64,000 nt of DNA from Octopus sinensis. Lineage: Eukaryota. Under the pieces are notes generated by a model, which was not told the origin of the DNA, searched no databases, and saw only the letters and a list, made by a program, of their open reading frames with translations. The stretch spans positions 35,650,001 to 35,714,000 of the forward strand of contig NC_043003.1 in the NCBI RefSeq assembly GCF_006345805.1. The letters run 5' to 3'. The translations under genes and the position numbers were made by a program. The stretch's first letter is position 1, and every line of letters begins with the position of its first letter. Of this stretch, positions 56,274-64,000 are shown one piece after another.

Positions 56274-57149
56274 CATATATAACGAAGCATTGGCGCAAAC
56301 TTTAGGTATAAGCAGAAATTAGGTTACTTGAAATATGTTCCTTACACATTTCAACTGCTAAAAGATAAATACACTGCAGTTATTGTGGTGAAAAAAAGCT
56401 CTCTTATGGTAAAAAGTTGTGAAAACATCCATTTCTTTATGAGTGGCCACCTGTAAAGAATCTCAGACATCGATGTTTTGAGATTTCTAGATTTTGTCAA
56501 TGAGTTATACCTAAGAGAGGCAACTCTGAGTGAACTTAATAAAGGTGTAGCTTTTATATATAATTCAGTCATCATATTTACTGATTTGCGCTCGTAGATC
56601 ACCCGATCAATGTAAATAGCAAGCATTGGCGCAAAAGAGTGTTTATGTTATGAGCAGAATCTAGATTACTTGAAATATGTTTGTCACATATTTCAACTGC
56701 TAAATAGCAAATATGGAGAAAATATCTCTCTTATGGTAAGAATGTGTGAAAACACCCACTTCGTTCAGTGTACATATATCTAAAAGAAGATGCTGGGTTC
56801 TTAAAGGTCGGATAATTACCCATGGCCTATATTATTTAGCATGAACCTAAGACTAAAAACCACGTAATTAAATTCTATACTCAATCAGCGAAGTATGTCA
56901 TATCACTGAATTAACATAGGATTTCTATTTCTGTCAGTGCATGAAACAAAGATAGATGCTATCTGAAGAAATTACTTTCACCTGCAACAATTCTGAAGTA
57001 GCTATGTCACTATGCGTCAGTATTTGACAAAATATCTAGTGATAAAATCATGAAATATTCTCATAGATCTAACCTGAAGTTAATGATTTAAGAATGATTA
57101 AGCAGAGTGCATAAAGCATATGTTTCCTTCCGTGACCTGCGGATTATAC

Positions 57150-57222
57150 GTAAACTCTAAACCAATGGTCTTTAATCTTGGTTTGACGCCCATTTTCATG
57201 CAGCGGAAACTTTTTGTGCAGT
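57150..57222 (-). CDS. Candidate internal exon
   Basis: ctctaat...cccttctcag| (good acceptor); weak donor tac|gtataa; LHKKFPLHENGRQTKIKDHWFRVY. Confidence 0.25.
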
Positions 57223-57358
57223 CTGAGAAGGGATCTATACGATTAGAGAGGTCATGATTTTTCTTAGACATAATATATTTAAACTATTTTAAATAGATTT
57301 GCAAGAAAATGCTTGTCGAGATAAGAATATATGTAGAACATTGTGTTTTCAGCAAAAT

Positions 57359-57484
57359 AGCAACATGAATAGTCTTGTTTGATATCTGCTTGGTTTCAAG
57401 ACTATATATCCTCAAATTAACTGGTCTATTGGGATCAAAGTTATTTTTAGACTGGGATTACTTCTCAGCAACATGAATAGTCTT
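57359..57484 (-). other. Inverted templated insertion (94 bp) with an 18-bp flanking direct repeat
   Basis: 57377-57470 is the reverse complement of 62303-62396 with 1 mismatch; agcaacatgaatagtctt occurs at 57359-57376 and 57467-57484. Confidence 0.9.
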
Positions 57485-57523
57485 TGCAAGGAAATGAAGT
57501 TGCTGTTGTTATTTTGGCTTTAC

Positions 57524-57578
57524 CCATCCCGGATTAGGAAAAGGGTACAGCATATTGTGTTACGATTGTTGGCTAAAC
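57524..57578 (-). CDS. Candidate internal exon
   Basis: ttttttattaacgttcag| ... tgg|gtaaag; 55 nt; the only open frame is phase 1 to 2: xLANNRNTICCTLFLIRDG. Confidence 0.3.
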
Positions 57579-57944
57579 CTGAACGTTAATAAAAAAAAAT
57601 ATGCAAAAGAGAAGACACCAGGCACTGTTCGTTAAGTGTCGAAATAGGTATTATAAAGTGAGCAAAATCTCATGAAGCACAGTATAGTCATGAGATGTAT
57701 TTCGATTATTAATATATGATTTGGAATATAATGATATGCGAAGTACTCTAAGTTATTTTTAATTTCTTTTTGTTTTGTTGTTCTTAAATGTAGCATTGAT
57801 TTTACACATAAGTTTCGTTAAAACCAATGATAGAACTTTGAAATTTAAATTCTGATGCCCTTTCGTTTTTTTATTAAATTTATATGACTAATGATATAAA
57901 GAGAATTTCGTCGTATTTAGAAAATTTCATGGAATTAGGGGTTT

Positions 57945-58122
57945 CAAAATTTTGGTATAAGGCCAGGCAATTTCGGGATAGTCAAAATCGATTACATCAA
58001 CTCTAATGGTCAGTTGAAAGGCAGAAACGATCTCGGTGGAATTTGAACTCAGGTCGTAAAGACTGAGAAAAGACGTTTAGCATTGCGCCAGGCTTGCTAA
58101 CGATTCTTCCAGCTCGCCACCT
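57945..58122 (-). mobile_element. Decayed SINE family B
   Basis: ggaatttgaactcagg...gctaacgattcttccagctcgccacc. Confidence 0.65.
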
Positions 58123-58854
58123 ATTCATTTTATTGAAATATTAAAAGACAAGCAGTAGTCCACGAATGCATCTACAAAGACGGAGAAAAATATGGATAAT
58201 ATACCAGTGCGTAAAATTTATTTGTTGGGTTCAATACGATACTCCAGTATAACTACAGTTATATGACTGAAACAAGCAACAGATAACGTACTTGTTTTCT
58301 TAGCAAGATGTTGGATGGTATTTGTAAAAAGCTATTTGCTGAAAAGGGGCGCAGAGATAAATAACATTGAGAATCACTGCTCTAAACTATCTCCGTTTGA
58401 AAGTATTCATTTGCTGTGACTTTAATGGGAGTAGTTGTTTTATTGTTTTTTTCTTTTGTGACATGCAGCCTAAAGATATATTACTGCACAACATGAATTA
58501 GAAAAATGCAGTTTCAATGGATTTCTCGTTTTGTTTCTCTGTCTTGGATTCAGGATCTTTAGGATCAATGTCATATTTCAACAACTAAACGCAATGATGT
58601 CACTTAGGCGTATTTAAGATTCAAATAATGTTACACAATCAAGAAAATCATTATGAAGTACCGCAAGTTGAATACATAAATCTCACTATCTCAGGAAAAC
58701 AAGAGAAATTCATTAACGCTTTTTTTTTTCTCTAGACGTGTTCTGTAATTCTGACAAGCAAAAGCGTCACGATGTCTACATGGCTTTAAAAGTATTGGTA
58801 ATATTGATTTCAAAGTTTTAGCACAAACCCTAACATTCCGAGGTAAATTGATTA

Positions 58855-59225
58855 CACTGATCCCAGTGTTCAACTGGTACTTACTTTATCGGCCCGATAA
58901 AAGGCGGTGAGCTGGCAGAATCGTTAGTACGCCGGGCGAAATGTTTAGCTACGTACTGAGTTCAAATTCCGCCGAGGTTGACTTTGCATTTCATCCTTTC
59001 GGGGTCGATTAAATAAGTACCAGTTACGCACTGGGGTCGATATAATCGACTTAGTCCCTTTATCTGTCCTTGTTTGTCCCCTCTATGTTTAGCTCCTTGT
59101 GGGCAATAAAGAATTAAACTTATTTTATGACCGGAAATTATAAAAGGCAGAATTTGAACTCAGAACAAGAAAAGGGACGAAATGGCGCCAAGCATTCTTC
59201 CTGGCATGCTAACGATTCTCCCAGC
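58855..59225. mobile_element. Young plus-strand SINE B (58902-59112) inside an older minus-strand SINE B
   Basis: Plus head ggcggtgagctggcagaatcgttag...aataaagaa. The flanks actggtacttactttatc and aaaggcagaatttgaactcagaac...gctaacgattctcccagctc are the two halves of a minus copy. Confidence 0.7.
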
Positions 59226-59984
59226 TCACAGCTTTAACTATTGTTAATATTGAACAGGTGAGAGAAAATTAGGTATCATTACACTGCCATAGGAAACAGG
59301 TACCGTAGATTTTTGCTATTAGTTACAACTGTCATCATCAATATCACAAAGTTGTAGTTACATATTGCTAACTTAGAACAAGCTGTAGTGAGTTTCCTGA
59401 ATCATATCTTCTAGAAATAGGTATGCTGCGAGATTGCCGTTCCATCTATTCATATCAAGAGAAAAAACGAGCGAAGAATAGTGTCCATAAGAAGTCGATC
59501 AGCCTGCTAGAAATACACGTCAAATCTCATGAACTTACGTACCATCAACTTATGAGATTAGATAATGCCATCCGCTATTCTCTGATCATAAGGAAAGAAT
59601 GAATTGAATACATCTGGAATATCTTTGATCATAGGTCTGAAAGATCAGGGCTGAAAGGCACTAAACACGGTATACAATTGATACAAAATCTCATTTTCCC
59701 CTATTATGCATTTTCACTTGTATTTCTTCTATTCCACTGATACTCGAAATAACTTTGTGTATCATTTCTGAAACTGAAATTCGAAACTACGAATACTTGT
59801 GTATCATTCATATCTCTACTTGTCTACCTTGTTAAAATTGTTTTGTTTATATATCTGTAAGATTCTATAGGTAAGTATCTATATAGATGTGCACAGACAC
59901 TACACAAATGTACAGACAAAAATTTGCATATATGTATATAAGACTGTGCAGATAGGTGTCGATTATGCAACAACAACAACAACA

Positions 59985-60345
59985 ACTTTAAATACTTAGA
60001 AAGTGGTTCCTGCATAAAATTCATGAGCGGATCCCTTTTTGAAATAAATGCAGGTATGAGCTGCAAAACGCAAAACCTTATATACTGCATTACCTGCCCA
60101 AACTGCAAAGAAAATTACGTTGGTGAAAAAATACTTCCCCTGCCAACGTGCAAGAATATCCAACAAGCAACATAACTGACAAAAGGAATTGCGCAAGATT
60201 CCATTAAGTAAGCATCTAGAAATATACAGCGACGGAAAATTCAAAGTTTTTCCTCTTTACAAATGTGCACGGACGCTCCGCAATACGGAAAAGCAATGGA
60301 ACTACATTTCATCAAAAAATCCTCTCCAAAATTGAATGTTTGAAA
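59985..60345 (+). mobile_element. Penelope-like GIY-YIG endonuclease remnant
   Basis: MSCKTQNLIYCITCPNCKENYVGE...RKIPLSKHLEI...KFKVFPLYKC...MELHFIKKSSPKLN across frameshifts. Confidence 0.75.
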
Positions 60346-60821
60346 CATTTTTATTCTAAATATAACTCAAAGAGAAGAAGAAAGAAAGAAAGAGGAAACT
60401 AGATGGCATGAGGAAAGAAAAAAGGAAAAAGAAAGAAGAGAAGAAGTGAAAAAGAGAGAAAGAAAGTAAAATAACTTTCTGTGATGACCACGCCACACCT
60501 TTTTTATGAATGGGGAATAGGAAGAGGTATCTCCCTTCCCCTCCGCTCCCCCCTCTCTCTCTCTGTCAATCTGTCTATCTCCATTGTCATGGAACTTCAC
60601 CCAAAAGCACAAAAACAATGTTCTCCTCTACTAAACACCCCACCCCCCAAAAAATATTTGTTTTATATAAATGAACAAGTTGTTTGTACATTCACAAAAT
60701 TCTATTTGACAAGTTCGAGAAACGAATGAAAGGGATAATGATAATGAATAAATAAAAAGATTTTTCCCAAAATTCTGGCGAAGTTTTTACTCAACATTCA
60801 ATATCTGTACACTACAGCTAA

Positions 60822-60852
<31 letters not shown>

Positions 60853-61346
60853 GGTATGTACTTCAACGGTGAAAACATCAGTAAAAAGAATGGATCTGAG
60901 AAAACTTTTCTTGTGCGTGATGAATTACGTAAATCTGTTATGCAGTTGCATAGCGATAAGTAAAAAAATCTTATTCATGGTGCTAAATTTTAATAGACTA
61001 GACATCGGAAAATATTCTATAAATATCAGTTAATACACTGTGGATAAATTACGATTATATAGGAGTTTTGGTTATATGACTAATATCTGGGTTTAAAAAA
61101 AAAAAATTCGGAACCCAAACGTTATTTAAGGTTGAAAGTTGTAATGAAGATGAAATGGGCTATTGTTTGGTAAAGGTGCAACAAGATTTTATATGGCTGT
61201 GGATATATTTGAATTAGATACGGAAGATAATCCTGCTTAATTTTATCAGACTTCGCCTTTGCCCTTAATGCTAGTATTCATTAAGATAAACTTAGAAAAT
61301 CTTTTTCACTAAATAATCTAAGTATATATTATGACAGTTTTTAACA

Positions 61347-61414
<68 letters not shown>

Positions 61415-61919
61415 CATTTGAAAGAAAGATAAACGTAAATAGAAAATGAGAAATATAAACGTACTGAATAATTTTATTGACAAAAAAGCATAAAAAACAC
61501 TGTCTACATTTTTATAGTGTATTCTTTTGAATGTGTAGCAATAGATTTTATAGAAAGTCGTAATTTTCTGTTGGCGATAGTTCTTTACATTTCAGATATA
61601 CAAACAACTTTACATATTCTGGTAAAAGTGAAGTTCTATCCCCTTTACAATACCACCAGTAAAATTCAAGATATCATTAGAGTAATAATGATTATTAATT
61701 CAAACGCATGCAAGTTCATCAAATTATGAGGAGAGGTGTTAGTCGATAGTATCGACTCAGTACTTGAGTGGAGCAAGAGGTAAAACTGACCGCTGCAAAA
61801 TCTGAAACGTAAAAATGCGAAGAAAAAAAACAACTTTAACATTAATGGTATTATTTAAAAAGAAGAACCCAAGAAAAGTATTAAACCATTTAATGCGCAC
61901 ATAAGAAATGAATGATGAA

Positions 61920-62930
61920 AAACACCTACAATATCAGGTTCTGAATAAAAGGATTCATCATGGCCTTCAGCGTGATAGCTGTTCCAAACTGAAAAAAGAA
62001 AAAAGGCCTATGGAAATATACACGGACTGATGGCCGATTAACCACTGTATGTAAACTCACAAACGGAACAGAATTCAAATTAATACCAAATAAATTCAGC
62101 ACAAAATATAAAGAAATGGCAGACTAAACACATAAAAACTCTATCATTTGGTCCTATATTAAATTCCCTGCACACAATGAATTCGACGCATAAAAACTAT
62201 CCAAAATAGAACAGGCAACATTCCGCATCACCAGACATTAAAAAAAGCAGTCGGGATTCGATAAATATGATGAAAATAAAGATAATATCCTAATGTAAGA
62301 TCTGCTGAGAAGTAATCCCAGTCTAAAAATAACTTTGATCCCAATAGACCAGTTAATTTGAGGAAATATAGTCTTGAAACCAAGCAGATATCAAACATAA
62401 AAATAGAATACTTGAAATACAAATGTATGCAATGAAAATACAAGTAACAAAGAAACGCAAGCAACTAGAATAAGAACATGTAATCATCAGGAATCCAACA
62501 GACGAAGACATACGTAGCACACCCTAAAGACATAAAATAACTATCAAAGTAAAAAAAAAAATGAAGCCCTAGCTTTCCTACTGAACAACTTCCGATCTAC
62601 AGCAACAGGAATAAGAAGACAAGTCCTATTGAAAATGACCATAAAAAATGTTGCTTCACTGACGTATGAATTCCAACGTACGACAATATATTTCCAACAT
62701 ATATTGAGAAACTATTCAGATATAAACATCTAGATATAGAGTATGGGGAATAAAAATAAACAATCCCCATCATAATAGGTGCCTCGGGAATGATGAAAAA
62801 GATATACAAACATGTAACCAAATCACCAAGACTTACACTTCGACAGACCTATAGAAAATATCACTCCAAGGCATTAGATATATTAGTATACAGAATATGT
62901 TCAATATACAATAAAGGTAAAATATAAAAA
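61920..62930 (+). mobile_element. Highly decayed R4/Dong-like LINE fragment
   Basis: EKLFRYKHLDIE and IPIIIGASGMMKK in the 3' part (62700-62810); the upstream part is too decayed to translate reliably. Confidence 0.5.
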
Positions 62931-63159
62931 CAGTGTACGGTTATTTGCTGAAAACCCACAATGAAAATATGACTGCTGAAATATTTTTTTTTTTCCTTTT
63001 TTTAGCTGTTGTAAACGGCCTCATGAAAGTGGAACGGTTTATAAAAAATTATTGGAAACGAAGTGTGTACCATGCATACATGCATGAATACACACACACG
63101 CACACACCACACACGTGAATACACGTATGCATACATACAAACATACATACATACATACA

Positions 63160-63193
<34 letters not shown>

Positions 63194-63198
63194 CATAC

Positions 63199-63246
<48 letters not shown>

Positions 63247-63251
<5 letters not shown>

Positions 63252-63955
63252 TTTAACAATTAAGGATAACCTCTTAATAAGGGATCTTAACAAGAAATTA
63301 TCGGGTAGTTAGCGTGAAAACCTCATAAAAGAAAAGAATTCGAAAATAATTTTTTTCTTTTGAACAAATTAATTATATCTATATTGTATAGAGGGCATTA
63401 TTACACATAAATGCCTCACACTAAGAGGGACAAAGTCATTACTACCAAAATTATACTAATCATACCTAAATGCAGTTTTTCAAAGCAAGACATTTAAAAA
63501 AATGAATTTAGTTCTGTATCACCGTGATTCCACATTCAACTTACGTCTTATGATCCTCAGCAGAACTGATTCTGAACACATCATAAATAAACTACCAACC
63601 TTACGTAGCGAAGACGAACAGACAACTGCTCACTCCGGCCAAGCACATGGAATGTTTATAAATCATATATCCGGTAAATGGCGGGCTTTTTACGAACTGC
63701 ATGTCGGGTAATAAAAATGTCGGGTAATAAAAATAAATATGATTAGTATAATTTTGATAGTAATGACTTTGTCCCTCTTAGTGTGAGGCATTTATGTGTA
63801 ATAATGCCCTCTATACAATATAGATATAATTAATTTGTTCAAAAGAAAAAAAATATTTTCGAATTCTTTTCTTTTATGAGGTTTTCACGCTAACTACCCG
63901 ATAATTTCTTGTTAAGATCCCTTATTAAGGGGTTATCCTTAATTGTTAAACTTAT
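63247..63955. repeat. Long inverted repeat (about 220-230-bp arms at 63247-63475 and 63738-63955)
   Basis: The arms are reverse complements with 3 substitutions seen; a second, overlapping inverted pair lies at 63683-63717 and 63966-64000. Confidence 0.92.
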
Positions 63956-64000
63956 TCCGAAATACTTTTTATTACCCGACATGCAGTTCGTAAAAAGCCC

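Noticed and set aside
58291-58338. Minus-strand exon candidate with good splice sites (NSFLQIPSNILLRKQ)
   Set aside because: It ends in phase 0, incompatible with the phase-1 exon at 57578, and no bridging exon was found.
58728-58789. Plus-strand segment VFCNSDKQKRHDVYMALKVL resembling kinase subdomain II
   Set aside because: No glycine-rich loop or other kinase exons were found nearby.

Overview
AT-rich, microsatellite-dense eukaryotic DNA. The two tRNA-derived SINE families and the LINE repertoire point to an octopus (coleoid cephalopod) genome; this is inferred from repeat recognition, not from a database search. The window is mostly transposable-element debris: Tx1/L1-like, RTE, R4/Dong-like (RLE) and Penelope-like retroelement fragments, a Tc1 remnant, a Chapaev3-like DNA transposon nested inside an R4/Dong-like RT, a truncated Gypsy-like LTR element and many SINEs. 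Almost all ORFs in the supplied track are microsatellite translations or TE remnants. No host gene could be named; there is only a tentative chain of minus-strand exons at 52.9-57.6 kb. The most unusual structures are: (1) a 94-bp inverted, locally templated insertion flanked by an 18-bp direct repeat (57359-57484; donor 62303-62396); (2) interlocked inverted repeats at the right edge (63247-64000); (3) a pre-miRNA-like hairpin with an AUGGCAC seed (26050-26101); (4) a mixed-orientation RLE-LINE mosaic (36960-38350); (5) a near-identical 1046-bp tandem duplication (about 6130-8235).
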